A DNA stretch of 64,000 nucleotides from Lama guanicoe. Its lineage: Eukaryota. Position numbers and translations under genes: made by a program. The notes under the pieces were generated by a model, which saw only the letters and a program-made list of their open reading frames with translations, did no database searches and was not told the origin of the DNA. Position 1 is the stretch's first letter. Every line of letters starts with the position of its first letter. Below are positions 25,901-40,900 of the stretch, in pieces. The stretch is from contig MU054001.1 in NCBI GenBank assembly GCA_013239625.1, forward strand, positions 4,194,167 through 4,258,166. The letters run 5' to 3'.

Positions 25901-28900
25901 CCTCCCTCCAGACCCCACGTTCCCCGTCTAAGGAGCCCCTTCAAGCCTGGAGACTGCAACGGCCGAGAAGTCCCAACACCAAAGTGCCTCTCAGATGGGC
26001 TATGCCTGAGGCCAAGACACCCTGAAACCTGAAAGTCTGCGAAATGGGTACCAGTGCCCACCTTGGCCAGCGGGGTGAGGGTGGAACGACACGTGTGTGC
26101 CTTGGATGTTGCCAGAGCCAGCAGGCACTCAACAAGTAAGGGGGTGGCCACCAGCATGGCGCTACAGCAGCCAGACGGGAGGGCCAGCCAGGCCCCATCG
26201 ATGCTGAGTCTGCGTTTGGGGCACTTCCTTACAAAGGCCAACGTCGTCAGCCTGAGGTGTGTGCTGGCCCGTATCAGCTGAGGTTCTGGCTGGCACTGGA
26301 AGGGAGCAAAGTCTCCCAAGCCAAACGGGCGAACTACTGACAGGGACACGCCAGGTTCAGAGATGAGGCGGACAGGAAGAGAACCCAAATGGGGCTGGAC
26401 TGAGCCCCATTCCCACCCCAATGGCAGCTGGCGCGATCCCGCAGCACGCTCCCTGAGGGCTGTTTGCTGCCCCGTAGCTGGGACCCCCACCCCACCTCAG
26501 GCCTTGGATCCTCCATTCCCGGGGCTGCTCAGAGGTCCTCACCTCTCGCTCAAAGCCCTTCTCTAGGAAGATGGACCCAAAGGGGTAGAAGTCATCAGAC
26601 TTGGAGCAGCAGGGCCTGTGGGGCACCAGATACGGACAGTGAGAGGTGGGGAGAGTCGGGGAGAGTCGGGGAGGAGACCCAGCCTCAGGAGGGGAGTGGG
26701 AGCGGGGAGGGGAGTAAGGGCTGGGTGGGGGCCACCCTCAGGGGGGAGAGGGGAGTGGTGGGTGGAGGACCAGGCCTCGCCCTCAGGAGGCAGCACCGTG
26801 GACACAGCTGGACCTGGGCATGAGGCACGAGGCAGGCCTGCACACACAGGGGTCCATATTTGAGGGGGACAGGGGTAAACGGAGGTCTCAGAGCCTCACC
26901 TCGTGGAGCTGAGCCCCTCGATGGCTGACAGCATCTCATCATCATATGAGTCATCCTCTGACCGCCCCTTAGGGGACGCACTTCTGGAATCAGACACCCA
27001 CAATGGTATCACCCCAGGGACCCATGTCCACTCTCCCAGAGGCAGGGTGTGGAGCAGATGATTCACCCAAGTGGGGATCCCAGAGCTTCATGCGGGATAA
27101 CGGAGGGATAAGTGGGTTCCACTGAGGCCCAGAGAGGGCAAGTGAAGGCCCAGCATCACACAGCATTACCCAGCTGGCCAGCAGCCCAGGAAGAAACAGA
27201 GGGCAGACTCCTAGCCTGCAGTGCAAGGCCTTTTCCACTAAACCTCAGAGTTCCCTCCCACTGACTCCACAACCCCACTACAGGGTGGGTACACAACAGG
27301 CACTCAATCATTGTTATGCTCTGGTTCTTAGAAACACTCTGAGCCAAGCCACGACAAAACCCAGGGTCAGGGCTGGGCCTCATGGATACGCTCTCCTGGA
27401 CAGAGGCTGGTCAGGGTAGCCTGCCTGGAGAAGGTGACTGGGACAGGACTTGGTCAGGTAGGCAGGGGCCAGGACACGTACCTGTCAGGGATCCGGTGGC
27501 GCCGCAGGGGGATGGCCTGGAAGGGAAGTGGGGGGAGGTGGTTATTCTCCAGAACTCAGGGCCCTGATGCTCGTCCCAGGACTGGGCCTACCAACCTCTG
27601 GCACTCTCAGATGCACAGGCAGGGTGCTGGGGACTGTGCAAGCTGCAGACACCCAGAACTGAAGCTGAGCTTGATCTGGGGAAGCAGGAGGCCAGGATCA
27701 ACCCCAGCCACCCCAGAGCATTCTCCAGGTGCCTGCAATTCCCCAGCCTACAGGTGGAGCGAGTGAGGTGAGGCTGGGATGGAAGGCCACCCTTAGCATG
27801 CGCTCTCCTGGCCCCTTCCGGGGCCCCTGTTCCCAGCTCTCCGGGAGGAGGGGTCCTACCTTGGGCCTGCGCCCATTGGGGACAGGGTTCTCGCTGCTGC
27901 TCACACTCTCACGTTGGTTGAGGTGTGCGAAGGGCCGCGCCGCCCCCCAGGACTCCAGGTAGCGGGTCATGCGCACAGATGCCCGCATCTTCAGGGCTGC
28001 ATCCCCCTTGTTGTGCTTGTGGAGGTGCTGGCTGGGCGGGGGTGGCTGCTGGCTCTGCGGGCAGACACAGACCCAGCCTCTCACCCCTCGGCTCTCAGCC
28101 AGGAAGGGGCTGCCACCCGCTTCCTGCTCCCCGAGAAACACAATGCCACCCAGAGCACCGGCCCATCGGGCAAGAAGGGAAAATGGCCAAAAAGAAATCT
28201 GCTGGGTCTGCAGCCCTTTGGGGACTGGAGGAAGTCTAGCGTGCTACTTGGCTGGGCTCAGGGGGAGGCCCCAGCTCAAGGTCCTGTCCCTGCCCCAGGC
28301 CGGGGAGAGACTGGGGGTCACACAACTGCACAGTCTCTCAGACCCTTCTCAGCATCCAGGGCAACAGACAGGGTAACCTCCTCAGCCCGAAGGCCCCACT
28401 CGGCCTGTGAAGCTCCTTGAGCCTGAAAGTTCACCCGCCCCTCCGCGTCAGGCACCCCGGGGAGATGGCGCCCAAGGAAGCCACAGGCATCCTGCCCAGC
28501 CCACCCCCATGTGGCAGACACATGTCCCTCCTGTGGGAGCAGCGGGAGGAAGAGGAGTGCTAGCTGGCAACCCGGAGAGATGCCAACCCCGAGCCCCCAC
28601 CATGGGGCAGCCTTCCAGGGCGTTCCACCCGTACGGCCTGCAACCCACAGCACACGTCTGCTACCTGCCACGTGCCTGCCATGGCCATGCCAGGGACACA
28701 GTGGCTCAGCCAGGCCCTGAATGAGGAGCCCAGCCCTGCCTCCCTCACCCCAACACCCTCAAGAGCAATAACACGCCTAGGACCCTCCCCAGCTGGGGAG
28801 GCCAGGCAGGACCAGAAAAGGCAGAGGGGAGAGGAAGACCCCCAAGGCCTCCAGAGACAAGCCTGGGCCGTCTCAAGTCCCGCTGAGTCTGCCCTCCAGC

Positions 28901-31900
28901 GGTCCCCATCTCCTGTGGCCCCACAAACCCCCACAGGGCCCAGCACCTAGAGCCACAAGCACTCGCTAAGCCGCAAGCAGCAACTTTCCTGGAAACCTCT
29001 AGCCTCCTTCTGGGATAGAAACATTTTTAAACCCTGAGCTGCATCTGTCTGCCAGGCCAGAGGGAATGGCATGGCATTCAGCCCTTGTGAGGAGAGTCCT
29101 GAGAATGTACCTGGGGTGAGGAACCCCCGAGGGGCCCGGGGTGGGTCACATTTCTCAGTCTCCCCTTCCAATGTCATCAGTTCTGCCTACATGGCACCCA
29201 GCTGTTTAAGTTCAAGGTCACTGGCACTCCTCTCTTAGGGCAGGGGGACAGACACCTGCCCCTGAAAATGAAATGTGTACTGAAGACCCAGGCTGGGGAC
29301 AGGGAGAACACCTGTGACCTTCACCGGCCACGGACACCCCCACAGCCACCTCTGCACGCTCGTCTCCGAGGTCCTCACACATGTAAGCCTACAGAAGCCA
29401 GGGCTGGGCAGGACCTCCCTGTCCACCACGGGAGGTGCGCCCGAGCATCCTTGTGGTGTGTGCTGTGCAGTAGTGAGAAAAGATGAGGGTGGTCTCTGTG
29501 CACAGAAGAGAAGGTCTCCAAGCTATGACGTCTGGTGAAGAAAGCAAGTACATGCCGGTGGGGGCCGAGCTACAGCAAGGAGGCAGACAAGGATCTCCAT
29601 CTACTTACATGTGCACAGACACCTTCCAGAGGAAGGAACTCAACCACGTGGGTCCCCTTTACAGGGAACGTGCTGGCTGCGAACAAAGATGCACGGAAAA
29701 CTTTCTACAACCTGCCCCTCATGCTTTTTGAATTTTCAACTATGTGAATGAATAAAATTAAACAACGATGAGGGAGGTAGGGGTGCCAGATAAAATACAG
29801 GATGCCCAGTTAACCCTGCATGAGACACTTCATTCATTCACAAACTATCTGGGCACCTGCTCCATGCCAGGCATTGTTCTAGGCACAGGGGTGGAACCTA
29901 GAGAAGGACCTCCACCCTGAGCCTGCCCACATGGAGCTCACACTGACAATACACAAGTGAAAAAGGATGAACCGGAACATGGGGGATGGGGGAGGAGGGG
30001 TCTGGGCAGAGGGAGCAGCAGTGACTCCCTGCTGTGGAGGATCCTGCAGTGGAAAGAGCTTGGCAGTGGAGGGACAGGAGGATGGCACGGGGCTCCGAGC
30101 TGTGGGGACAGAGTGAGGGGCTGGAGGGTTTCCATGATGATGGGCTGGGAGCAATGTCAAGATACCCAGGAGGCGTTTCCCTAGGTGCTAACTCAGCATT
30201 GATGACCACCAAGGGCACCCTGGGAACGTCAGCAGGACAAAGCCTGAGAGGGTTGGGGAGGCTCACAGGCTGGCCCTCTGCTTCCCAGGAGACTGGCAGT
30301 CGGGCCAGCCCTGCGGACAGCCAAGGCCAGAGTGAGAGGGAGCTGGAAACGGCCAGCCGTGGCCGACATTCTTGAGTAAGCCCCAAGGATGATTCACCAA
30401 GGGCCTCCAGACAAGTTGGCCTCCCACAGGCAGGAAAGAATGGCCCCTGCAGACGCAGGCAGGCTGGGGGCAGGACTGGGCCCACCCACCTAGAAGCAGC
30501 CCCACAGCTCCCCCACCACAGGGTCCCGAAGAAAGCGGGGCTGACGTAGAAGGTGGAGGCACCAGCCAGGCAGGCGGACATGGCAGGTCAGAACCGGGAC
30601 ACACAGAGTCTCCTGCCCAGTGACCCTGGCCGTTCCTGGCTTCCCTGACTCTCGTCCAAAGCATGTTTTTACAACGTGTCTTTTGAAAATCTGAAAGATT
30701 AGTGACAACCTCATAGAAAATAAACTAATAGTGACTACCATTTCTAGAATGCTTATGATGCGCCCAGTTCACAAGGAGGGCTTCATCCAGCTTCTTCTCT
30801 TCTGAGGCAGGCCTGCTGTCATTCCCATTTCACAGAGAAGAACACTGATGCCCAGAGAAGGCGTCACGTGGGGCCTAGAACATACCTAGTGACGGGGTGC
30901 TCACTCCTACCCCGGGCAGGCGTCTTCCTACCTCTCCACGGCCTTGGAGAGGAGAACACTCTCCCTCCAAGGGGGCCACCCCCCAGGCGTGGGCCCAGCA
31001 CAGTTCCAGCCACCCCTCCACGGCCCACCACGTCAGAGCCCGCGTACCCGGGGGTCGATGACCAGGTAGGTGCGGATGTTCATCTCCTTCAGGTAGGGGT
31101 CCCGCTGCTGCCCGTGACCATCCTCCACCTCATAAGCCTTGTCCAGGTGGTTCAGCGTTGCTTCTGTGATGTGCACCCGCCTGGGGGAGACCAGAATCAG
31201 ACAGCAGCAGGACCCAGAGAGGGCGAGCACCCAACCAGGGGTGCACAGCGGGCAGGGCCGAGCAGGCCGGAGCCCAGGCCGGCTTCCCCCACTTTGAGGT
31301 CACTGATTCCACTTCTGACTCCACCCTGACCCCCGCCCCCAGCCCCGGCATCTGAACCCACCGCCATCTGGCTGAGCCTCACCCAGGGACTCCAGCCGCC
31401 TCCATCCTGTTGGCCAGGGACACATCGTGGGACCACACGTCGTACTGCCACTTGCGCAGCCCGATGACACCGCACAGCACATTCCCCGAGTGTATGCCCA
31501 CACGCATGCTGATGTCCACACCTGTGGCCTCCCGCACCTGCCTGGGGTAGAGGCCAGTCACCCCACTCCAGCCACGGCTGCTGGGGGGCCTGAACCCTGG
31601 ACAGGCTCGAGGTCCCAGGTAGCGGGTGTGGCATGGGGCATGGGCAGAGCAAGGGTGAGAGGAGCGTGCGGGAACAGGGCAAGCCCAGCTCACAGGAGAG
31701 AACATTCTCAGCCTGAAGGGTTGCCTCATCAAAAAAGGATGAGCACCCCATCTCTGGGAGTGTGCAAATGGATGTGGCTGCCTCCAAGCTCAAAGGCTGT
31801 TAAAAGGAGAAGGAATTTCCAACTGTCATTGGTCACTCACTGTGGCTCTTGCTGAGGGCCCTAAAATACTGTAACTGGGTGTTTTCCCCACCTGGCAGCC

Positions 31901-34900
31901 CCAGCTGGGGTCTGCAGAGGGGTCCAGGCACCACCCCAAACTCAGCAGAAACAAAGGACATGGGGCCAGCCTTGGGGGGCCTTCTACACCCCACCATCTC
32001 TAGGAAACAAGAGCACTGAGAGTTGCTAGCACCACTCAGTACAAGAAAACCCAAATTAGAGCTTTCCTAGGGCACAAGGCACCCCCAAACATGAGCAAGG
32101 CTCCTGGGTCCCTTTGACATGTGGGTGAGGGCCCAGGGAACAGCTGGTGCCCTGTGTCCACCCACACCAGGCTGGCAATGGACTGAGGCTGCCAGAGGCA
32201 AAGCCAAAGGAAGCAGAGGGTCCTGTGGAACCTCTACATGACCCAGGGACAAACTGACCCCCGGGAGGGCGGGGCACAGCCTGAGGTCGCATAAGTGGGG
32301 ACATAGAGCCACGTTAGGACACAGACCACTGACTGCCTGGCCAGTGTTTTTTCTGGTGAGATTCAGGAGGAAGACAAGCTGGAGATGGGTGTACATCGGG
32401 AAGGAAGTGTGCCCCTTCGGGCAGCCCAGCTGCACCAGCTTTGCCCCGAACACTGGTTGGTCTGGCCAAGCCCACCTGGCCCTCCGCCACCGCTGGACCA
32501 ACACAGACCACAGCTGCTCACGGCTCCAGAGAGCCTCACGGGAAGCTGGGTGTTGGTGGCAAGGAGCTGAGGGAGGCTGGGGGGTCTCCCTGCAGCTCTG
32601 AGGGTGAGTTCCCCGACTCCTCGGTCTCCACAGGGGCAGCAGGAGGCAGATGGGGGCTTGGGGCCAGATTCTGAGTCTGCCAGTTCCCCTGCTGCTGTAG
32701 AGGCATGGTCTCCGGAGGAAAGGAGCCCAGCTGCCCGTCCTCAGGCCCCTCAGCTCTGAGCTTCCGAGATTCTCTGGGACTGGGAGTCCCAGGGCGCCCA
32801 CAGGGAAGGGTGCAAACACAACCTGCAGAGCGGTCCAGGCAAGCCATCACCACCCCCTGAGCTCCAGTTCCCTTATCGGCAGAGTGGGGACAATGCGTTC
32901 CCCACCACGCCTTGCGGAGCAGGAGGGCTCCATGGCAGGGACAGCCCCAGTGCCTCGGGCCTGCCCGTGGTACCTACTTAATGGCCTCACACATGTCCAG
33001 CCCCATCTTCACACAGTTGCGGGCGTGGGTGGGCAGGGACACGGGCAAGCCCGACACGCAGTAGTAGCAGTCCCCCAGGATCTTGATCCGCATGCACTCG
33101 TTGGCCTGCAGGGCAAGGGAGAGGCCTGGTCAGCAGATTGCCTGGGTGCCAGGGACCAGCCACCTCCCCGCACCCCCCAGGGTGAGCCAAGCTCTTTCAC
33201 GGCCAGGGGCTCTCTCCTGCAGCATCAGCCACCAGTAGCTGCCTCTGGGCCTGGTGAAAAGGTTGGAGACAGGGGCCCTCCACAGGAGCCCTAAGCAGGT
33301 GTCACAGATGAAAGAAAGTGTTACTAAGGGTGGCCATCTGAGTGACTCTGGAGAAAGACTATCTTTGGTTCATTCACCCAATGAATGAGCAATCTACTGA
33401 GCAATGTTTGAGTAGCTACTGAGTGCCCTGCCCTGCCCCAGACACTGGGACGCAGCAGTGAGCAAAATAGAAAACAGTCCCTGCAGCGAGTGGCAGAGGT
33501 GGACATTAAACTAGATAAATAAAACCTATAGATACCTGTGACAATAAGTGTTAAGAAGAAAAATGAGGCATGGGAGGGAAGGGAAAGTTCCCAGGAGGCC
33601 AGGGAAGGCCTCTAAGTGAAGGTAACATTCAAGCAAAGTCCTAAAGGAAACAAAGGAGAAAACCATGCCAGTATCTGGAGGAAGAGCAGTCCAGGGAGAC
33701 GGAAGCAGCATGTGCAAAGGCCCTGAGGCAAGAAAGCTGTTTGAGACATAGCCCAGCAGTCAGTGTGGGTGAAGTGGAGTGAACAGGGGAGACAGGGACA
33801 GAGAGGTAGCAGGTGCCATAAGCTAAGTGATCAGCAGATGCCAAGGTGACCCAACAGACGGCCATGCTGCTAGGGACACAGGGTTTAGGGGGCAGAGAGG
33901 AAAGAAGAAGGTGGGGAGAGAGGCTGGGATCACATATGAAAATGCACATGGAGGGGAAGGGAAGGCTCAGGCAGGCTATCTGAGTTCTCATTTAGGGTGG
34001 TGCTGTAGCCATGAGACTCCCCCTTAAGCCCTTGGCAAAGGTGGCCGCACACACAGAGGCCATGGGGGTGTGGTTTTAGAGAATAGGAAGGAGGAACTGC
34101 AGCATAAGAGCTCCAGTCTACTCCCTACTCCACCCCTCACAGAGGCCCCGGCAGACAGCCTTGCCCTCTGGCTTCTGATGTTGGGGAGGCTGAGGGCTAG
34201 AGCACTGATGCCCCAGCTCCCGCTGCAGCATTCCAGAGGGCTGGCTGTCCCCTCCCCAAGAACCAAGACACACTCTGTCTCCAGATACATTGTCCACTCC
34301 CTGGCATGGCCACCAGGCCTGAGTGGCCACCCAGCACCAACAACCAGGCCAGGCACCAGGAGCAGCCCCTTGCTAAGCCCTCCTTCGATGACCCAGCTGA
34401 GTGTGTGCCAGCTGCTTCCCGCTGGGCCCCGTCTGGCACGTGCTGAGTTCTGAATGGCCTAACAGAGGCAGGTGAGGACAGTGCTTCCTAGAAGCCAGCA
34501 GTAAGCTTGGTGAGGGCCAGGACACCCAGGCTCAGGCTCAGGGCGCCACTGGCCTTATCTCCTCCAGGGCCAGGCACAGGAACGCCCTCTAGATCCAGCC
34601 CAGCTGTCAGCTGTCAGAATTTACAGAAGGCCACATTCCCCAGGCTGCTCCTCCACTGTGCTTCTGACACTTACAAACTGGAGAAGTTGTGTGAGCGTGC
34701 TGGGGGCAGAAAGTGCCTGAGCCCAGATGCAATGCGGACACCTCTGAGAGCAGGCCCTGGCTCTCACCGGGAGGTTACAGTTCTGGAATCTGATTGCCAA
34801 AAGGAGAAAAGGCTTGGTCCAGCCCTGCCTGTGTCTGCCCAGAGACTGGACACTCAGGCCGGAAGACTGGCATCTGCCACAGCCTCCCTCCTCCCATTTG

Positions 34901-37900
34901 TCCAATGGGGCTGCCTCCTGGGCCTGCCCTGGAGGGAGAGCTGTGTCCAAGGAGGCAAAGGCAGGTCCTTGGGCTTTGTGGCAGAGAAAGGGCCAGCTGT
35001 GGCCTGAGAAGCTGGCCCCCTGCCCCTTATAAGGCCCGACCCCTAGGAACTCCCACCTGCCGGTTCGGGAGACATCCTGAAGGAAGGAAGCTCCGAAGGA
35101 AGGCTCTAGGAGCCCCTCAGTCCACAGCACCCAGCGGGGACACCCCTGGCCAGTGGTTTCCAACTGCAGTTTGGTTAACCCCATGACGGGAAGCTCATCC
35201 CCTGATATGGGGCCCACCTCTGGCGAGGCAGTCTCTCCCAAGATTAAGCAGCTCTGATTGTGAAAAAATCTTCCTAACATGGGGCCAGAACTTGCCTCCC
35301 ATCAGGTTCTAGACCATTGATTTCCACACACGGAGTCACTTGGATGGCTCTTATAAACTGTCAAGGGTGTGGGCATAAGTACTGGTGATTTATTTAAGCC
35401 TTCCATGGGATTCAAACATGCAGCCAGGATGGAAAGCCACTGCCCTAAATCTTACACTTGGGTCTCTACTTAGTGGCCACCACTTCCAGGAAGCCTTTGA
35501 CCCCCGGGGGCTGGGCTAGGCACTCCTCAGTCCCACCCCCATACCCTCTTCAAACCACACAGCACGTAGGCCAGGGAGCAACTTTAGGGCAGCCCGAGGC
35601 CCATGTGAGTCCAGGGCTGCCACTCAGTGGGTCCTGGGACCATGTGGTAAATTAATGAATAACTGAGGCCCCCTCCCCACCAATACACGTGCGTGCACAC
35701 ATGCACACACACACCCTGAGCTGGGTGCTGCTCACGAAGACAAAACAGTAAGATCCCAGCTCAGCCCCGTCTGGTCTCCAGACCTCTCTCACCCTGGCTG
35801 TACCCTGGAGACTCTCCTTGCCCAATGCTTTCCCCGGCTACTCTCCTCAGGGTCCTCAGGTTAAGTCCCACTCCTCACCTCAGCCCTCAAGTCCTTGCAT
35901 GTCTGACCCTGTGACCTTGTCCCCTTCACACTCTGTCCCAGTCGCACTGAGCCACTTTCACTGCATGGGCAAACAGAGCTTGCTTTCTTCTCCAGGCTTT
36001 CCATGCTGTTCCCTCTGCCCATAACATTGTTCCCTTTCCTCTTCAGGTCTTTTTTAAGGTTTCTCAAACTTTAATGTGCACACTATTCACCTGCAATCTT
36101 GCCAAAAGGCAGATTCTAGTTGAGGCCTGGCATTCCACAGGCCTCCAATGCCTCTAGGTGAGGCTGAGGCTGCTCACCTTGCATAGTGAAGATGGAGCAT
36201 CTCCTCGTCTAGGCAGCCTTCCAGAGCTCCCGAGTCCCCATGCATTCCCTGGTGTGTACTGTCAGTCTCCCTAGTGACCTCACACTCTGGGGGACAGGAT
36301 CCTGGCAGCCTCGGCCACCACTCAACCTCCACTTCGACCATGAAGGGTTCAGAAGCATTTGCTGACTGAAGGCTAAAATTCAGCCCAGACCTCCCCATGT
36401 CGATCTCAGCATAGTGCTGGGTATGGGACATCCCATGGATGTGGTGCAGGGGCTTCTGACTTTACCATCAGCAGAGGGGAGGCAGCACAGGTCGGCAGGC
36501 TCACCTTGGCAATCTGGTCGAACTTGCCGAAGAGCTCGTTCAGCACCACCACTAACTCCTTGGGGGAGCAGTCGCTGGCCAGCTGTGTGAAGCCCACGAT
36601 GTCAGCGTAGAGGATGCTGAGATGGGGTGGGGCCAGTGGGAGTCAGGGCCAGCGGAGCCCCTGAGCATCCGCCAGCCCTGTATCCAAACACCCCTGTGAG
36701 CCCTCAGTCTCCACAGGGATGGAAGAGAAGCTCTGGCCATAAAGACGAATTTAAGTTCCAGAGGCTTCACGTTAAAGCAAACTCCAGTTTGTGGGGGCCC
36801 TTTGGAGCCCTCAGTCCCTTCAGAGCCCTCGCTGCAGATGACTGAACGGTGCCCTTACCTGCGGATTCTCCAGCACCCTGGAACTTCCCTCCTTTCCCAT
36901 ACCTGGACTTAACCGCTGTGCAGGCTTCAGAACTAAAGCCCTGGTAAGATGCGACCCCACACTCCCTCCAGCCGAGCTCCACACCCAGCACTTTCACACA
37001 TCTAGTCCTCACACTGACCGTATAGGACCCCTAATCTACAGATGAGCAAACTGAAGCTCAGGGAGATTAAGACTTGCTGGGAAGCCAGAGCTGCAATCTG
37101 CATCAGATCTCCCAGCTCTAAGTCTGCAGTCCTGGATGGTCCACAGCACAGAGGCAGCGGGCCAGGCAGAGGACCTCCAGGCAGAGGAGCGGGGGGAGCT
37201 CACAGCACCTACAGCCACACCTCCCTTAGGCCGGCACAGCCAAGCTCCAACAGCCCCTTCAATTCCATCAAAGACAGGCGTCAAGGGCCCTTGGCAGCCA
37301 CCGAGATCTAGGGGGGCTTCACCTCCTTTTGGGGGACCTGTGCCCTTGGAGAATCATCTGAAAAGACCCTTTTCTTCCCAATAGTCGTGTTTGTGCTCAG
37401 AGTTTAACAATCTGAGGGGGGTAGATGTCCCCAAACACCAATCTAATCTGACCCCACCCCCCCTGGGGAAATGAGTAGGAGGACCGAGGCCCAGAGAGTA
37501 GCCTGGATTACCTCCCCCCAGTCCCTGTGTGGGCTGGGGCCTGGCCTCCTGGCAGGAGGGCAGGGGGCCACCTGCCCGGGACTCCCCAGGAGACAGTGCA
37601 CACGGGCTCGGCCGGCCGCCCACCTGACGTTCTGGTGCCGCTTGACGTAGAGGCTGTGGAAGTTGTTGTCGGGCAGGTAGTGGCGGTCCCCGTGCTCCTT
37701 GAGCCGCTCAATGATGGCCAGCTTCATGCCCATGGAGATGTGGGCCGGCAGCACGGACAGCAGAAGGTTCTCCTGCACATGGGGCACAGGCGGGCGACGT
37801 CAGGCCCCAAGCGACCTCTGTCCTCTCTGCCCTCCTGCCACTCTGCCCGCCACGCCCCACAACACCACTGGCCTACATCCTGCCACCAACCGGGAGGGCA

Positions 37901-40900
37901 CACACCCTCCCATGTCCCCAGTGGCCCCCAGGGTGAGGCCGGCATAGGTGTCCAGCCACGTGCCCCACACAGATGCTGTTCAACGAGCACGTCCTCAGAG
38001 AAAGGACACCGGGTGTGGGGCCTGGGTGATGGCTGGGGGCGGGCAGGGCCTGGCTGTGGCTCAGGGGGAGGCGGATCCCCACCTGCTGGCGCTTCTCGAT
38101 GCGCAGCTTACGCCGGATCTGGATGCACTTCACAGTGTAGGTGAAGAGGTCGCGGGAGGCGTCCTGCATCTGGTGCTTGTGGAAGGCGCCCGTGAGATTC
38201 CCGCACAGGAAGACCACAGCATTGGCCAGCAGCTGCGGGCAGACCAAGCGGGGCTCAGATCCGGCCCGGGCCAGGCCCCCGGGACATTGGTCCCCCTGGA
38301 GGGCTGGTGATGGCACCCCTCCCCATTTCCTAGCCTCCAGTCCACTCAGGGCAGGCAGGGAACCTGCAGCTTAAACGTGCTGGTCGCCCAGGGAGTCACG
38401 GTGGTAACAGCACCAGGACTTAGGCCTATCTTGGCATCTGCCAGGCATTCCCTGGTGTAGAAGGGCTCGTGCCCCAGAGGCTGGAGGAGCCAGCCACTTC
38501 CAGGAAGGCAGGAGCACGTCGCCTTACACAGCTCAGAACCCGGAAGACACAGCGCCGTGCTGGCTGCCCTGAGCTCCGGCCTCTGCCTCCCAGACCAGAC
38601 ACCAGGCCAGGTCAGGGGGAAGTCACATCTGTAAGACACCACGATTTATTCACATCACGCAACATAGAGACACAAGGCAGGCCCTGTCTGGATGGAGCTC
38701 TGGGGTGACAGGTGAAAGCTCGGGAGCAAGGGCTCACCTGACAGCAGTGCTCTAGACTCAGAGAGGCCCAAGGGGCAGGGCTCGAGTGAGGGTACCGTAG
38801 GCCAGCAAAGACAAGGCTGCAGGACAGGGCGCCTGGCCTTGAGGCTGTGTGTCTGCGAACACCTCTGCCCAAGGCCTCAAATCACTCACTTGGGCCGTGA
38901 CTGCCCTCAGCCCAAACCACAGCCACCCAAAGGCCTCCGCCGGCCCCCACGCCCAGACCCCCACCACACCCCTCACCTGCAGCCCCAGCCGGACACTGGG
39001 CGTGGTGAAGGCCCCCATCAGAGTGCCGAGCACCAGGAGGTGGGAGGTGCTGGAGACAAGGCCTGCCACGACGGCGCCCTGCATGCTGAAGGGCAGCAGC
39101 GTGTACACCACGAAGACGATGAACAGGAAGAAGGGCACCTGCGGGCGGGGTGTCATGAGCGCAGCCCGCCACGCCGCCCCCGCCCGGACACAGCCCAGGG
39201 CTGGGCCGGGATCGCCCCGCTGACTCTCGTCTTCCGGGCTTGGCCCCAGAAGCCTGCACACTAAGTCCTCCGCAGCCAGTCCAGGCCGCAGGTGCCCTCT
39301 GCCCTCAGCCCTCAGGTCGGCCCCTTCCCCCCATCCTGTGTGGTGAGGGGCAGTGACAGACACAATAGAATAAGAAAAAGTCAAAATCCACCCAGCCAGC
39401 ATCATTTCCTTGGCCAAGGCCCAACCTCCTCAGCTCTTGTGACCCAGTGTCTGCGGCTCTTCCTCCACAGGAATGGTAACCACTGGAAGGCTGAGGCAGG
39501 GCCGGCTCACCTGCCACCTCCAGCAGTGCAGCCCCACTTGCCCCGTCCACTCTCACTGGCAGTGGCTCTCCCGCCTGCCCTGCACTCGCCCCTTCTGGGA
39601 ACAGCACCTTCCCCCGAGCTTCCAAGAGCCTCACCCCACCTCAGTCACAGGACCCAGTCCCACCGGTCAGAGGGGGCTACCCCTTGGTGACAGCAACCAT
39701 CCAGAGCTGGGCCCATGATCCAGGCCAGCCAGTGCAACTCAAGCTGGTTGAGAAAGAGCTCCTCCTTTCAGCTGAGCTGGGGAGGCTGCCAGTCGGGCAG
39801 CCTGGAGACACTGTGGCCATCTCTGCCCCGCCCAGGAATGAAACAGCACAGAGGAAAGCAGAGCCGAGAGAAACCAGGACCCAGCCATCCTGCTGGAGCG
39901 CCAGGACTGACCCCTGGGCCCTTCCTGGACATGAGCCAATTCTGCCTTTCTGCCGCTCTGAGTCGGAGATGTGTCATTTCCAGAAATGCCACAGCCAGAG
40001 TGGACACTCCTCCCACCTCCCCCCACTTATCAGCACAGAGCTGAGAACAAGAGCCAGCCTGTCCTGAGCAGGGTCACCTGTGGCTTCCTCCACATGGGTG
40101 GTGTCCAACCTCCCCCAAACATCAGGTTCTTTCTTACCTCAGGCTTTGTGCTGTGGCCTCTACTAGGGGCGCCTTCACCACCACCTTTCCCCAGTCGCCT
40201 ACAGAGTCCTAAGCATCCTTCCCAGCCCAGCCCAAGACCAGCCCAGGGCCATCCTCAGCCAAAGAGCCACAGCCCGCAGAGAGGGAAGGGCCCGTGGCTG
40301 GCACACCCAGTGCAGACCCGGGCTCCAGAGGGACCTGACTTCCAGAGAGGCCAGGAGTTACTAGGTGCACAACTGGCTGGAGGCATCCAACTCCCCAGGG
40401 ATGCTAGGGCCCCGCCCTGTTACCTGCTCCCATGCACAGGCCTTCTTCATCCATGCATCGAACACCAGCACGTAGCCCAGTGTCACAAGGCAGGCCCAGA
40501 CGAGCAGTGCCGAGGCCCGGAGCCACTGCCGGACGAGACATTCAACATACACCAGCACGTAGAGAGCCACAAACACAGCAAGTGCCAAGAACGCCGTCCC
40601 CAGGACAGCCTGGTGTTCCGAGGGTTCCTGGGTGGGGCAAACATACACAGAAATGCCATGGCACTCCCCACTGGGGTGCCACCTCCTCCAGAAAGCCTGC
40701 CAGGTTAGCCTACCCGGCCCCTGAGCAGGGTCACCTGTGGCTTCCTTCACATGCGTGGTGTCCAACCTCCCTCTAAACATCAGGTTCTTTCTTACCTCAA
40801 GCTTTGTGCTGTTGCCTCTACTAGGGGCGCCTTCACCACCACCTTTCCCCAGTTGCCTGCAGGTTCCTAAGCATCCTTCCCAGCTCATCCCAGCCCTGTG

